The position numbers and the translations under genes are program-made. 64,000 bases of DNA from Bacteroidota bacterium. Its GTDB lineage: Bacteria > Bacteroidota > Bacteroidia > Chitinophagales > Chitinophagaceae. Positions 40,401-50,983 of the stretch are shown piece by piece; position 1 is the stretch's first letter; every line of letters begins with the position of its first letter. The stretch spans positions 223,210 to 287,209 of the forward strand of contig VGFP01000002.1 of assembly GCA_016868855.1 (NCBI GenBank). The letters run 5' to 3'. Under the pieces are notes generated by a model. The model was given only the letters and a program-made list of their open reading frames with translations, did no database searches and was not told the DNA's origin.

Positions 40401-43400
40401 TTTGAGATTGCGTTCGTTTTTAAGATCAATCAGCGTTTGCAGATCAAAGCTCAATTCATTCTCAATGGGCCAAATAACATTTTCATCCGAGCTTCCAAAA
40501 GGAGTTGTTTTCAGCGGGTACTTGATTTCATAATAATGGTTGATGTAATCTGTTCCCAATCTTACAACGGCATACAATTCTCCATCATTGATTCTTGCAT
40601 ATTGCTTCAGGCTCTCGGCATGATAAAACATAGAGAGCGTTTTATATTGTCTTAAATCGTGGTTGAATCCTTTGAAAACAGCTCTTCCTCTTCCTTCTTC
40701 CAAATTTAATACCGTCATGCTCAGGGCCTGTTCATTTTGTAAAATATTGATTCCACCATTGCTCAGTGTTTGCACTCTTTCAATTCCAGGTGGAGTGCGG
40801 TAGGGAATAGGATCTCTTTTGTCGTTTTCTTCAATGTTTACTGCTGTGACGTTGAAAAATGTATTTTCATTTGATTTACTCAATGGAATATAAGTGCCTG
40901 ATGTGTCTAATTCATAGGCAAAACTTCTCCAGTTGTTTCTGACCAGCTCAAGTTTTGCAAATCGCATCACTACTGAATCTTCAAAGTCAGTCAGGAACAT
41001 CCTGATGAAACGAATGGATTTAAAATCTGGTATTTCACCAACCTTGCTGTTATATGCATTGATGGGCACCCTGAACTGATACCAAATCTGATCCTGTTTT
41101 GATCCGTCTGAAAGTGTGACGTTGACAACTTTTTTGTCGGCAATAAAATTCCTGCCAACCTGCATAAGTGGATCTCCAGAGGGTTTGAAATCTATTCTAT
41201 ATTGAAAATATTCTTCCGCCTCATTCAAAGTATTGTCCCTGTTCAGGTCCTCTCCATCTGGATACAATGTAAAGGCAGAGGCGAATGCATCTCCTGCTCT
41301 GGCTACGGGTGAATTACCTTGTGGATTGTTGAAATTTTTATATCGCTTTAAAATGCCTGCATTCTCCTGGTCAAAGCTTGCATCCCTATAATATTTGAAA
41401 TTATCAGAGGAGGGATCTGCATTGGCTTGTTTGTAGGCATCTGATCCAACGCCAAGTCTGGATGCCAAATCATTTAAATAATCTTTTCTTTTTGCAATTT
41501 CAGCAGAATCACTCAGTCCATCAAGACCCACATCTTGAAAAGCACGATCATTGGGTTCATTGCTGAAGCCTGTTGTGATCTGAGTAGGATTCAGCGGCAC
41601 CCTTCCCCAATTGGATGTTGCAACGCTGGATGGAATAGTAGGGGTAGGTAATCCGTTTTCATAAAATCTTCTGGAGTCCTTGAGAATGTCTTCTGAAATA
41701 TTTCCAAGGTTGATGTACATCGATCCACCTGCCTTGTTGGTGTTTTTGATAAAAGGATCCAATACCCAAAAATCTATGAACTCAATATTTGCGGTTTCAA
41801 AATCTGTTTGATCAATGCCCCGCATGATGCCCCCCCAACGCTGTTTCGGATTTCTCAGTGCACCAGTGCTTTCAATATTTGTTGCGTCGTAGTTATAAGG
41901 ACCTCTTTCTTTGGGATAGTATGCCAGGTCAAATGTTACAAGCTGACTTTGACCGAAGTCAGGTGTTCTTCTTGGAAAGATTTCCTGTTGACCAACACTT
42001 CTCACCCTTGGATCTGAAAGTTGTTCAACATCATTTCGAAGTGGATTGCTCAAATTTCTTTTTTCCTGTAAAATCGGTTCAATGTTATACCAGGCAAGTT
42101 TTGCTCTGTTCTTTCCGTAATCAATGTTGTCAAACGAAGTGGCTTCCGGAAACATGGTATTGCCAAAGCGGTCTTTCGCACCTGCGGGTGTAGAGGCCAA
42201 AGTCCATCCAATGATGGGGAATCTCAAATCAATACTTGATTTTGTTCCTTCGAAATCATCCAAATAAACCAATCCTTTTCCACCTTTCCCAATTTGAGGT
42301 GCGTGTCCAGGTTTCAATTGTGCAACCTCAGCAGAAGCACTGATGCTGGAGGAACCAGATGCTTCGTAGAAAGGCAACTTACTCAGCCACTTGCTCAATC
42401 TTGGGACCTCACTGTTGTATGACATATCGAGTCCAGCCATGCTGTTTCTGATGGGATCAGAACCATATTCCATTTTTGTGAAAAAAGGACGTTCTCCCAA
42501 TCTGACCATATTGCCACCAATTGAAAATTTATCACTGAAAAGATAGTCCCATCGTATACCTGTATAAGTTCTTTGTTGAACCCCAAAAGTTGCATTGTTT
42601 TCAAACTGCACATTTACCGGTACACCGGATTGTTTGATGGAGCTGTTGATTACACGCAGCGTTCCTGAGAGGTAATCAATGGTATAGTCCACATTCTCAA
42701 TTAATTTTTGTCCACCTGCTGTTACTGTTACAGAAGCTTGCGGAATATTGAAAGCGTTCAAGGAAATTTCACCTGAAGAGCCACCGGATGATTTTGAACT
42801 TCCCTTCATGATAAACCTATTCAGGTTTGCATAGGTTTGCGCAATGGCTTTGATTGTGTCGTAGAGGGGGTAAAACAAATATTTTTCGCGCAGCGCAGGA
42901 TCTGCAAATGCAAAATCAAGGTCATGTCCAAACGGCTCCAAGACCGGAAACATCACACGACTTTGATAAGAGTTTACAGTAAATCCTTCTACATAATCAA
43001 ACACACCATCCGGTTGGGGATCATTCTGGTTGTTCAGTCTGTCAAGGTTCAACAATGTGATCAAAGGAACACCAGCCTGTTCTCCCTCTGTGATGTATCT
43101 TTTCTCCCCTCCGCCTGGCTCTTGGTACAATACATTGAATTGAAAATCCTGTCGTTCCAATTGACCCGCACCTACTGCGTATACATTCTTCATCATCAAA
43201 TCCCAAATGGGCAAGGATGTTCTTTGTGAAGTCGCTTTCAATAATTTTAGGAAAAGTATTTTTGAAACACCACTTGTAGAATCAACCGGCACATCCTGCG
43301 CAAACTCACCCACCTGGAAGACTTTTCCGTTGACGGTATACTGGAATGCAACACCCAACACTTCATCCGGTTGAAGGGTTACGTTCAGTGAGATGAATCC

Positions 43401-44729
43401 AAGCTGTCTGTTGAAATAATATTGTGATGAATCCAATTTTCTTGCGAAGGTTTTTTCAAAGTCCCTTATTGGTTGCAATCCGATTGAATTCATGTAATTG
43501 ACCACCTGTGCTGGATTGCGGCTGTTGGGACTGCTGATGATTTTGCTGTACAGGTCGTTGGATTGGTTGGAAGGGTAGGTGGCACCCGGACGTGGATTGA
43601 TAATTGGTGGTTGTTGATAAGGTTTGTCTTCACCGAGATCCATCAGTCCCACTACATCCCTCGCATTGGTCGTAGCACCAAATCGGTTGGTTACCCAAAC
43701 TTCCAATCGCAGGAGTTGTACTTGTGAGTTGACGATGGGTAAGTTTTTCATTCCCTTGTTGAAATCTCTTCTGAAGTGTTGTGCCAGCAGAAAATGTCTG
43801 TTTTCTTCGTATTCATCTGCCTTGATTTCAAATGGCATGGATGAAGAGCCGCCCTTGAATGCAGTTGATTGTCTTTGTGAACGCTGACTGGCAAATACCG
43901 TGGTAAGCCATAGTTTACCAAATTGCATTTGAGTTTTGATGCCAAACAATTGTTGGGCACCTGGTATCAAGGTCCCTTTGGTAGCAAAAGAAGTATTGCC
44001 CACTTCAATTTTTTTGAAGACATCTTCGGCGCCACCTGCATAATCGAGTTTTAGCCTGTTTTCAAAATCAAATGTTGAGAGTGTATTGTAGCTGATCGGG
44101 AATTTCATTTTGTCGCCGATGTTTCCTAATACATTCAAATTAGCAGCCATGTCGAAATCTAATCCACCATTTCTTCTTGCTCTTTCAGGCAATGTCGGAT
44201 TTTTGATGTTTTGTCCCTGGTAGCCTGTTGTGATGTTGACCTCTCCCTGTGGACGAATATCAACCACGCCTGTTCCAAAAAGACGATTGAACAATTCCTC
44301 GCCCATGCTCAATCGGGGTTTAACCAGTTTTCTGTTCAGCAGACTGATGGTATTGGATCTTTTCTGAAAGTAATCTCTCTCAGCCTTTCTGGATTGGATA
44401 CGCATGTATTCTTCAAAAGTCAGAGACGTCGGTTTTCGGAAATACCTGGATCCAATTTTTTCGATGATATAATATTCTTTTGTTTTGTAGTCATATACCA
44501 GTGAATCTTTCAGGTTAACAGGATCTTTGAGGTCGAATGGATTTTTTTTTGAAAGAGAAATTTTATCACTTCTTCTGTCCTGCAATGGATACATCAATGA
44601 ATCGTTGAAAGGAAGTGTATCTCGGGTTCTTTCTTGACCCAATGGCAAGACAATAGGATGCGCATGCACAATTGTTGCACACATCAGTAGAACCACAAGG
44701 GATGTTATCTTGTAAGATAACTTTTTCAA
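37482..44729 (-). CDS. sprA: T9SS outer-membrane translocon SprA/Sov
   Basis: 2415 aa with signal peptide; FGTGVVDIRPQG, WDLMMKNVY, YLDDFEG, RAKLAWYNI, IPDFKSIRFIRMFL, WINELRL; directly downstream of ruvA. Confidence 0.95.
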   Translation of the reverse strand: MKKLSYKITSLVVLLMCATIVHAHPIVLPLGQERTRDTLPFNDSLMYPLQDRRSDKISLSKKNPFDLKDPVNLKDSLVYDYKTKEYYIIEKIGSRYFRKPTSLTFEEYMRIQSRKAERDYFQKRSNTISLLNRKLVKPRLSMGEELFNRLFGTGVVDIRPQGEVNITTGYQGQNIKNPTLPERARRNGGLDFDMAANLNVLGNIGDKMKFPISYNTLSTFDFENRLKLDYAGGAEDVFKKIEVGNTSFATKGTLIPGAQQLFGIKTQMQFGKLWLTTVFASQRSQRQSTAFKGGSSSMPFEIKADEYEENRHFLLAQHFRRDFNKGMKNLPIVNSQVQLLRLEVWVTNRFGATTNARDVVGLMDLGEDKPYQQPPIINPRPGATYPSNQSNDLYSKIISSPNSRNPAQVVNYMNSIGLQPIRDFEKTFARKLDSSQYYFNRQLGFISLNVTLQPDEVLGVAFQYTVNGKVFQVGEFAQDVPVDSTSGVSKILFLKLLKATSQRTSLPIWDLMMKNVYAVGAGQLERQDFQFNVLYQEPGGGEKRYITEGEQAGVPLITLLNLDRLNNQNDPQPDGVFDYVEGFTVNSYQSRVMFPVLEPFGHDLDFAFADPALREKYLFYPLYDTIKAIAQTYANLNRFIMKGSSKSSGGSSGEISLNAFNIPQASVTVTAGGQKLIENVDYTIDYLSGTLRVINSSIKQSGVPVNVQFENNATFGVQQRTYTGIRWDYLFSDKFSIGGNMVRLGERPFFTKMEYGSDPIRNSMAGLDMSYNSEVPRLSKWLSKLPFYEASGSSSISASAEVAQLKPGHAPQIGKGGKGLVYLDDFEGTKSSIDLRFPIIGWTLASTPAGAKDRFGNTMFPEATSFDNIDYGKNRAKLAWYNIEPILQEKRNLSNPLRNDVEQLSDPRVRSVGQQEIFPRRTPDFGQSQLVTFDLAYYPKERGPYNYDATNIESTGALRNPKQRWGGIMRGIDQTDFETANIEFIDFWVLDPFIKNTNKAGGSMYINLGNISEDILKDSRRFYENGLPTPTIPSSVATSNWGRVPLNPTQITTGFSNEPNDRAFQDVGLDGLSDSAEIAKRKDYLNDLASRLGVGSDAYKQANADPSSDNFKYYRDASFDQENAGILKRYKNFNNPQGNSPVARAGDAFASAFTLYPDGEDLNRDNTLNEAEEYFQYRIDFKPSGDPLMQVGRNFIADKKVVNVTLSDGSKQDQIWYQFRVPINAYNSKVGEIPDFKSIRFIRMFLTDFEDSVVMRFAKLELVRNNWRSFAYELDTSGTYIPLSKSNENTFFNVTAVNIEENDKRDPIPYRTPPGIERVQTLSNGGINILQNEQALSMTVLNLEEGRGRAVFKGFNHDLRQYKTLSMFYHAESLKQYARINDGELYAVVRLGTDYINHYYEIKYPLKTTPFGSSDENVIWPIENELSFDLQTLIDLKNERNLKTNNPTAIYRKSVNGKIFSVYGNPNLAEIRGILAGVENPKNASGGRRINAEVWINELRLSGINENSAWAAVGQMNIQLADLGTVSVSANMHTVGFGQLEQRVNERYRNDLKQYDLSANLQLGKLLPKQIGLEIPFFLNLSETMSSPQFDPYDRDILLRDKLSLYRDKRDSINGDAVDYTGIKTINFTNVRFAQRQDKKIRLWSLSNFDFSYSLTQTRQHNPLTENNEIAKTQGGIGYNFNRQAKYIEPLKKLIPIQSKWVDFIKNVNFNLMPSLIGFRLDTRRQFGAIRPRNVGGGKFKIPETYDKYFIVDRNYNLRWDLTKSLNFDFRATNNSRVDEPFGRIDTKAKQDSLLRNFLKGGRNTLYSHNADLTYNVPLNSFPLLDWTSLNLAYRTTYNWVGASRLAVSLGNTLQNSNQAGATAELNFTQLYNKVRFLRAIDGSGAAPAPKQPKAASVKMKKEKKDKDGNIIEEKEKKEKKEKEVKEKKDIALSGAEKTILRIITALKRVGASYNEGGTTFLPGYTDSTRALGQNWKSLSPGIDFIAGKQPNQAWLQSVAKKGLITSDPMLNNLFLQNYDQKFNMTAQVEPFKDFLIDVNIDRTLNKNYSTLFKDTANTGQFSALNPYAGGGFSISYISFQTLFGKFDPNAISGTFKTFEENRAVLSKRLGESNPYSKTQGSDGYYKGYGRYAQDVLVPSFIAAYTKQDPKNISLLNTGETGSVKTNPFKGYMPKPNWRITYNGLSKIPGIENILSNFTLSHAYNSTLSMNSFNSALLFQDTLLYGFPSFVDTITGNFIPYFLFPNLLISEQFAPLIGIDFSTPSQLSGRFEYKKSRQLSLSLADFQLSEVHSTEITFGMRWRKRGVNLPFNLNFGNKEQSQAQPGSSSGSDITFALDFSIRDDINSNSRLDQDNAYATGGQKVISIRPTIDYVLNNRINLQLYFDQRRVSPYISNSAPSVNTRGGLQVRISLAQ

Positions 44730-44763
44730 TATTTCCTTCTGCTTTGGTGGGGTAGAGTTCTAA

Positions 44764-45345
44764 TCAAATAAATTGAAGTGATTTTTTGATGAGTGATTCA
44801 AGTGTATCTTCAGAGGAATGGAGTGATGATTTTTTGATCGCGGATTCTGCACTAGCTCTTGGAATGCCCAATGCAATCAGCGCCTGCAATGCTTCATCTT
44901 CTATACCACGATGGGCGAAACCCGATGTTGAAGTTGCCAATCCGTTTTTTACCAGTTTATCTCTTAGTTCCAGTATGATGCGTTCGGCAGATTTTCTGCC
45001 AATGCCTTTGATTTTTTCCAGAGCACCCGTATTGCCGGAGGCTATGGCATTGCTCAACTCTTGGGGCTGCATAGCAGAAAGCATCATTCTTGCAGTTGAG
45101 GCACCAACACCGTTTACATTGATCAACTGTTGAAATAAATTCTTTTCTGTAATATCTGCAAATCCAAAAAGGGTGTGACTGTCCTCTTTGATTTGAAGAA
45201 CAGTGAGCAAAGTGCCTCTATCGAGGTCCTGGATTTTAGCAAATGTATTCAAGCTGATTTGTGCCTCATAGCCAACCCCATTCACATCCATGTGAACATA
45301 CGAAGGGGTCTTCAAAATGTAGCTACCTGTCAAACTGGCAATCAT
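44764..45345 (-). CDS. ruvA: Holliday junction branch migration protein RuvA
   Basis: [41 protein letters not shown]; TATCTTCG at 45365-45372. Confidence 0.96.
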   Translation of the reverse strand: MIASLTGSYILKTPSYVHMDVNGVGYEAQISLNTFAKIQDLDRGTLLTVLQIKEDSHTLFGFADITEKNLFQQLINVNGVGASTARMMLSAMQPQELSNAIASGNTGALEKIKGIGRKSAERIILELRDKLVKNGLATSTSGFAHRGIEDEALQALIALGIPRASAESAIKKSSLHSSEDTLESLIKKSLQFI

Positions 45346-45417
45346 GAGGTTTTATTATACTTAACGAAGATAAGAACACCCGTCAAAATAGTTACATTTG
45401 TGGTCCAATTGAATCAT

Positions 45418-46410
45418 ATGCAAAAAATCACTGCTGCGATCACTTCTGTAGGTGGTTATGTTCCAGAGGACCTGCTTACCAATGAAGATCTGGAAAAAAT
45501 GGTGGATACCAACGATGAATGGATCAGAACCCGCACAGGAATTGTTGAAAGGCATATTCTAAGAGGAGAGGGCAAGGCAACATCAGACCTGGTGGCACCT
45601 GCTGTAAAAGACCTCTGTGCAAAACGTGGCATTGATCCCAATGAAATCGATTGTCTGATTGTTGCGACGGTTACCCCTGATATGTTTTTCCCCAACACGG
45701 CCAATATCAGCTGCGACAAACTGGGCATCAAAAATGCATGGGGCTTTGACATACTTGCAGCATGTTCTGGATTTCTGTACGCTCTTACCACAGGTGCTTC
45801 TCTGATTGAAAGTGGGCGATACAAGAAAGTGGTGGTGGTTGGAGCCGATAAAATGAGTTCCATTGTGGACTACACCGATCGCACAACCTGCATCCTTTTT
45901 GGAGATGGAGCCGGTGCTGTGTTGTTGGAGCCTAACACAGAGGGCTACGGTGTGCTTGACAGTATTTTAAAAAGTGATGGCAGCGGAGGAAAGTATTTGC
46001 ATATGAAGGGAGGCGGTTCGCTCAATCCACCCAGTGCAGAAACCATTGCGAGAAAAGAGCATTTTATTTATCAGGACGGACAACCTGTTTTCAAATTTGC
46101 CGTGACTGGCATGGCAGATGTCAGTTATGAATTGATGGAGCGAAATCATCTCAAATCAGATGACATCGCCTGGCTTGTACCGCACCAGGCAAACAAGCGT
46201 ATTATCGATGCAACAGCAAGGCGCATGGGACTCTCAGATGACAAAGTCATGTTGAATATTAAGCGATATGGGAATACAACGGCTGCTACGATTCCACTGT
46301 GCTTATGGGATTTCCAATCAAAATTGAAGAAAGGGGATAACATCGTACTCGCTGCTTTTGGCGGTGGATTCACCTGGGGTGCAACATGGGTCAAATGGTT
46401 TATCAATTAA
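45418..46410 (+). CDS. fabH: beta-ketoacyl-ACP synthase III
   Basis: [40 protein letters not shown]. Start moved to ATG 45418; TACATTTG at 45393-45400. Confidence 0.96.
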   Translation: MQKITAAITSVGGYVPEDLLTNEDLEKMVDTNDEWIRTRTGIVERHILRGEGKATSDLVAPAVKDLCAKRGIDPNEIDCLIVATVTPDMFFPNTANISCDKLGIKNAWGFDILAACSGFLYALTTGASLIESGRYKKVVVVGADKMSSIVDYTDRTTCILFGDGAGAVLLEPNTEGYGVLDSILKSDGSGGKYLHMKGGGSLNPPSAETIARKEHFIYQDGQPVFKFAVTGMADVSYELMERNHLKSDDIAWLVPHQANKRIIDATARRMGLSDDKVMLNIKRYGNTTAATIPLCLWDFQSKLKKGDNIVLAAFGGGFTWGATWVKWFIN

Positions 46411-46415
46411 ATGGT

Positions 46416-47639
46416 ATGTCAGGCAATAACAAAGTATTCAAGGGATTCAGTTCATTGGCCATTCATGCCGGTCAGCATCCTGATCCCATGTATGCCCACC
46501 TTACACCCATCTATGCTTCTTCAACATATGTATATGATGAAGCCGAGCAGGGAAGCAGGCGATTCTCCGGACAAGAAAAGGGATATATCTATTCTAGATG
46601 GGGAAACCCAACGATGAATGAAGCAGAAGAAAAAATTGCTGCGATGGAAACCTTCGGATTGCAGAAAAATGGCAGTCCACTTGAAGCAAAAGCAATCCTT
46701 CATGCCTCTGGCATGGCAGCCATCAGCTCACTTTTATTGGCAACTTTAAAAAGGGGAGATAAAATTCTCACACATTATTCGCTTTACAGCGGCACACAGG
46801 ATTACATGAAATCTTTGTTGGAGCCACTTGAATTATCATCCATCATAGTAGACTTGCGTGATCTTGCACTCGCTGAAAAATGTTTGAAAGAGGACAGCAC
46901 TATCAAGTTGATCTACCTTGAAACACCCGCCAATCCAACACTTCAGTGTGTTGACCTGCATGCCCTGGCTGAACTTGCTAAGCAATATGGTAAAATAACA
47001 GCTTGCGACAATACATTCGCAACTCCATTTCTTCAACAACCATTCAAACATGGCATCGATTTTGTGGTGCACAGCACTACAAAATTTTTAAATGGACATG
47101 GAACAGCCATTGGTGGTGTGTTGGTGGGAACAGATATCGAATTCATGCAAACGCGTGCAACCAAAACACATCGTTTGTTAGGCGGAAACAGCAATGCATT
47201 CGAAGCGTTTTTATTGATCAATGGAATGAAAACATTGGAACTGCGAATGGAAAGACATTGTGAGAATGCCATGCGTGTTGCCCATTTTCTTGCAGCGCAT
47301 CCTGCTGTACACCAAGTGAATTATAACGGACTCTCCTCTCATCCCGATTTTATTGTTTCACAAAAACAGATGAATCATCCAGGCGCGATGATGAGTTTTG
47401 AACTGAAAGGAGGATACGAAGCAGGTGTTCAATTCATGAATAAATTACAGATGTGTACCAGGACGGTCTCATTGGGTACTTGCGATACATTGCTTTCACA
47501 TCCTGCCTCCATGTCACACTCCAGTATTCCCAAGGAAAACAGACAGCAGTATGGAATCACCGACGGATTGATCCGTTTGAGTGTGGGCATCGAAAACGGT
47601 GATGATATTTTGAACGATTTTGAACAGGCTCTGCAATGA
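46416..47639 (+). CDS. PLP-dependent trans-sulfuration enzyme (methionine gamma-lyase/cystathionine lyase family)
   Basis: YSRWGNPT, SGMAAI, ETPANPT, DNTFATP, HSTTKFLNGHG, SLG...HPASMSH, IRLSVGIE. Confidence 0.9.
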   Translation: MSGNNKVFKGFSSLAIHAGQHPDPMYAHLTPIYASSTYVYDEAEQGSRRFSGQEKGYIYSRWGNPTMNEAEEKIAAMETFGLQKNGSPLEAKAILHASGMAAISSLLLATLKRGDKILTHYSLYSGTQDYMKSLLEPLELSSIIVDLRDLALAEKCLKEDSTIKLIYLETPANPTLQCVDLHALAELAKQYGKITACDNTFATPFLQQPFKHGIDFVVHSTTKFLNGHGTAIGGVLVGTDIEFMQTRATKTHRLLGGNSNAFEAFLLINGMKTLELRMERHCENAMRVAHFLAAHPAVHQVNYNGLSSHPDFIVSQKQMNHPGAMMSFELKGGYEAGVQFMNKLQMCTRTVSLGTCDTLLSHPASMSHSSIPKENRQQYGITDGLIRLSVGIENGDDILNDFEQALQ

Positions 47640-48094
47640 TCTCAAGGAAAGCTGAAAAAAGAGATATCTCTGCCATGCTGAAACTTATTCAGGAATTGGC
47701 AGATTATGAAAAAGCGCCCCATGAGGTAACGGTAGATCCTGCTCATTTTGAGGCATCCGGATTCGGTCCTCTCCCAGTGTGGTGGGCCTTTGTTGTGGAA
47801 GATGAAAAACAAGAAGGATGGCCAGTGGTGGGTTTTGCGCTGTATTATATCCGCTACAGTACCTGGAAAGGTCAGGTGATGTACCTGGAAGACATCATCG
47901 TTACTGCTGAATACAGGGGCAAGGGGATAGGTAAAATGTTGATGGACAAACTGATAGAAGAAGCCAGGGAAAAGGGTTTTAAACGTATTACCTGGCAAGT
48001 TTTGGAATGGAATGAGTCTGCAATCCGCTTTTACAAAAAATACAACGCAGCATTCGACCCAGAGTGGGTAAATGTTACACTTGATCTGGACTGA
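47636..48094 (+). CDS. GNAT N-acetyltransferase (diamine acetyltransferase-like)
   Basis: ELADYEK, YSTWKG, YLEDIIV, RGKGIG, VLEWNESAIRFY. Confidence 0.9.
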   Translation: MISRKAEKRDISAMLKLIQELADYEKAPHEVTVDPAHFEASGFGPLPVWWAFVVEDEKQEGWPVVGFALYYIRYSTWKGQVMYLEDIIVTAEYRGKGIGKMLMDKLIEEAREKGFKRITWQVLEWNESAIRFYKKYNAAFDPEWVNVTLDLD

Positions 48095-48138
48095 TTTCCA
48101 AGGTATTTGCTTAACTTCGCGCTCAAATTTTAAGCCCC

Positions 48139-49026
48139 ATGGCAGGTCAATTAAAGGAAGTCAGAAACAGGATCAAGTCGGTACAATCAACTCAACAAAT
48201 CACCAAGGCAATGAAGATGGTGAGCGCTGCCAAATTACGCCGTGCACAGGATTCCATCATTCAGATGCGTCCCTATGCCAAAAAGCTACAGGAAATGTTG
48301 AGCAATATTGTCAGCAACGTTGATACCAGTGCGAATATTTCACTGGCAGAGCAAAGGCCTGTAAAAAAAGTTTTGCTGATTGTGATTACAAGTGACCGTG
48401 GACTCTGTGGAGCATACAACGCCAATATTCAAAAAACGGCGATTGCAACCATCCAGCGACGTTACAGCAATGTGCATGCCAACGGCGATCTTACCATTTG
48501 GTCTATCGGCAAAAAGGGTGCTGAATTTTTTATAAAAAGAGGTTACAATGTCGATGCAAGGTTCAGGGATATTTTTCTTCACCTTTCCTTTGATGGCGTT
48601 CAGGCCTGTGCACAAGCTGCAGTAAAAGCTTTTGCAGAGAAAGAATTTGATGCTGTTGAAATTGTGTACAGTGAGTTCAAGAATGCCGCAACGCAGCGAT
48701 TTGTTTCAGAACCATTTCTTCCCATACCCAAACAAGAAAAAACTGCAGGCTCCTCAACACAAAAAGCTGATTTTATTTTTGAACCTTCTCAAGAAGTTCT
48801 GATAGCTGAGTTGATGCCCAAGATTTTAAATACCCAGTTGTATAAAGCGGTATTGGATGGTAACGCATCAGAGCATGGTGCAAGGATGACGGCAATGGAC
48901 AAGGCATCTGAAAATGCAAACGAATTGCTCAAGACCTTGAAGATTTCTTACAACAGAGCAAGGCAAGCCGCCATCACTACCGAGCTCACTGAAATTGTGA
49001 GCGGAGCAGCAGCATTGCAAGGGTAA
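48139..49026 (+). CDS. atpG: ATP synthase F1 gamma subunit
   Basis: RIKSVQSTQQITKAMKMVSAAK, SDRGLCGAYN, SEHGARMTAM, RQAAITTELTEIVSGA; TAACTTCG at 48112-48119. Confidence 0.98.
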   Translation: MAGQLKEVRNRIKSVQSTQQITKAMKMVSAAKLRRAQDSIIQMRPYAKKLQEMLSNIVSNVDTSANISLAEQRPVKKVLLIVITSDRGLCGAYNANIQKTAIATIQRRYSNVHANGDLTIWSIGKKGAEFFIKRGYNVDARFRDIFLHLSFDGVQACAQAAVKAFAEKEFDAVEIVYSEFKNAATQRFVSEPFLPIPKQEKTAGSSTQKADFIFEPSQEVLIAELMPKILNTQLYKAVLDGNASEHGARMTAMDKASENANELLKTLKISYNRARQAAITTELTEIVSGAAALQG

Positions 49027-49088
49027 GATCTCGTGATATTCCCTTACATTTACCACCCCTAAAAGGGTAAAAAAAGACATCAAAATCA

Positions 49089-49754
49089 ATGGAAATAGCC
49101 AATTTAATCAATCATGTCGAAGCGCTGATTTTCGCCAGTGAAAAACCACTCACAGCAGTTGAAATTGTTGAACTTGTCAACAATGCATTCGGTTTCATGG
49201 ATGATAAAGTGACAATGGATCAGGTGGAGACCAGCATCAATGGCATCAATGAAAAATATCAATCTGAATTCTATCCATTTGAATTGAGGCAAAGCGGTGG
49301 CGGTTGGCAGTTTCTTACCAAAAAAGAGTTCCATTCCACCATTGCTCAATTGAATGGAGATAAATTTCTAAAACGTTTGTCGACAGCGGCATTGGAGACA
49401 CTCGCCATCATTGCTTACAAACAACCCATCACCAAATCTGAGATTGAAGCCATTCGTGGTGTCAATTGTGATTACTCCATTCAGAAGCTACTGGAAAAAG
49501 AATTGATTATTATTTCCGGAAGGAGTGAGCAAATGGTTGGGAAGCCACTTATTTATGCGACTTCCCGTCATTTCATGGACTACTTCGGAATCAATACATC
49601 TGATGAATTGCCAAAAATTAGTGAGGTCCTTGCCGAACAGATTGTCTTGCCAACATTGGTAAATGCTGAACATTTTGAGATGGAGGGTGAGATCGAAAGG
49701 CAAGAGACACAGGACAACAGAGATGCTCAAGGCGAAAACATCGAAGGAGCATAG
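49089..49754 (+). CDS. scpB: SMC-Scp complex subunit ScpB
   Basis: EALIFAS, LSTAALETLAIIAYKQPITKSEIEAIRGV, GKPLIYAT...FMDYFG. Confidence 0.95.
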   Translation: MEIANLINHVEALIFASEKPLTAVEIVELVNNAFGFMDDKVTMDQVETSINGINEKYQSEFYPFELRQSGGGWQFLTKKEFHSTIAQLNGDKFLKRLSTAALETLAIIAYKQPITKSEIEAIRGVNCDYSIQKLLEKELIIISGRSEQMVGKPLIYATSRHFMDYFGINTSDELPKISEVLAEQIVLPTLVNAEHFEMEGEIERQETQDNRDAQGENIEGA

Positions 49755-49774
49755 TTCTAAATTTATATCATCAC

Positions 49775-50983
49775 ATGGCTCCTACACTTTCAAATGACAT
49801 TCTACTCAAGGCAGCTGAAGCGTACGCAACACCACTTTATGTATATGATGAGGAGCGTATTCGGTTTCAATATGCCAAGCTGGTACAGGCATTTCAACAA
49901 TCAGATGTCAGGATTTTTTATGCATGCAAAGCATTGAGCAATATCAATATTTTGCGCATTTTTCAGGAAATGGGTGCAGGAATAGACTGTGTGAGTTTGA
50001 ACGAGGTGCAGTTTGCTCTCAGAGCAGGATTCGAGCCGGGTAAAATAATATTTACACCCAACAGTGTTTCATTCGAAGATTACAAAGAAGCAGTCGGCCT
50101 AGGGGTCAATATAAATATCGACAACCTTGAGATTCTTCAACAATTCGGAGCTGCCTACGGCAGTGCCTATCCGGTTGTCGTTCGCATCAATCCGCATATC
50201 TTGGCGGGAGGAAATATCAAAATATCTACCGGACACATCGATTCTAAATTTGGTATTTCAATTGATCAAGTCACAGAGATCATTGCTATAAAAAAACAAA
50301 CCGGATTGACAATCAAAGGTTTGCATCTTCATACTGGAAGTGAGATCAAGGAAGTAGAGGTGTTCATCAATGGACTCAACCTTTTGCTTGAATTGAGTGA
50401 GCATTTTGATGAATTGACTGTTATTGATTTGGGAGGTGGATTCAAAGTGCCCTACAAACCTGATGAAAAGGGTGCAAATATTGAGCAGTTGGGTGAAAAA
50501 CTTTTTGAAAGACTTTATCAATTTCAACAGACAAACAATAGACAATTTCAAATATGGTTTGAACCGGGAAAATTTCTTGTCAGTGAGGCAGGTTATTTTT
50601 TAACAAAAGCGAATATCATCAAAGAAAATCCCACGCGAAACTTTGTTGGTGTTGACAGTGGCTTCAATCACCTCATCCGTCCAATGTTTTATGATGCCTA
50701 CCATATCATCGAAAATATCAGCAATGAAAATGGTCGCTTGAAAACATACAATGTGGTAGGAAATATTTGCGAGACCGATACGTTTGCATGGGACAGGTCG
50801 CTTCCTGAAGTCCATCCCGGTGATGTGCTCATGTTTAAAAATGCTGGTGCATACGGATTTGAAATGAGCAGTCGCTTCAACTCAAGGGCAAGACCCGCTG
50901 AAGTCCTTGTCAGCAAGGGTGAAATCAGGCTCATCCGCAAAAGAGAGACACTGGATGATTTGATCCAGGGACAAATACTCTGA
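49775..50983 (+). CDS. lysA: diaminopimelate decarboxylase
   Basis: TPLYVYD, YACKA, SKFG, HLHTGS, DLGGG, EPGK, GNICETD, GAYG. Confidence 0.95.
   Translation: MAPTLSNDILLKAAEAYATPLYVYDEERIRFQYAKLVQAFQQSDVRIFYACKALSNINILRIFQEMGAGIDCVSLNEVQFALRAGFEPGKIIFTPNSVSFEDYKEAVGLGVNINIDNLEILQQFGAAYGSAYPVVVRINPHILAGGNIKISTGHIDSKFGISIDQVTEIIAIKKQTGLTIKGLHLHTGSEIKEVEVFINGLNLLLELSEHFDELTVIDLGGGFKVPYKPDEKGANIEQLGEKLFERLYQFQQTNNRQFQIWFEPGKFLVSEAGYFLTKANIIKENPTRNFVGVDSGFNHLIRPMFYDAYHIIENISNENGRLKTYNVVGNICETDTFAWDRSLPEVHPGDVLMFKNAGAYGFEMSSRFNSRARPAEVLVSKGEIRLIRKRETLDDLIQGQIL

Noticed and set aside
37482-45345. ruvA directly upstream of sprA as a functional link
   Set aside because: This is a common gene order in Bacteroidota and gives no evidence of a shared pathway.
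45175-45417. N-terminal extensions in the ORF track (fabH, queE, purS, lipoprotein, O-methyltransferase, TrmH-family, radC, yigZ)
   Set aside because: They overlap neighbouring genes or -7 promoter boxes and precede the family-typical N-termini, so downstream starts were used.
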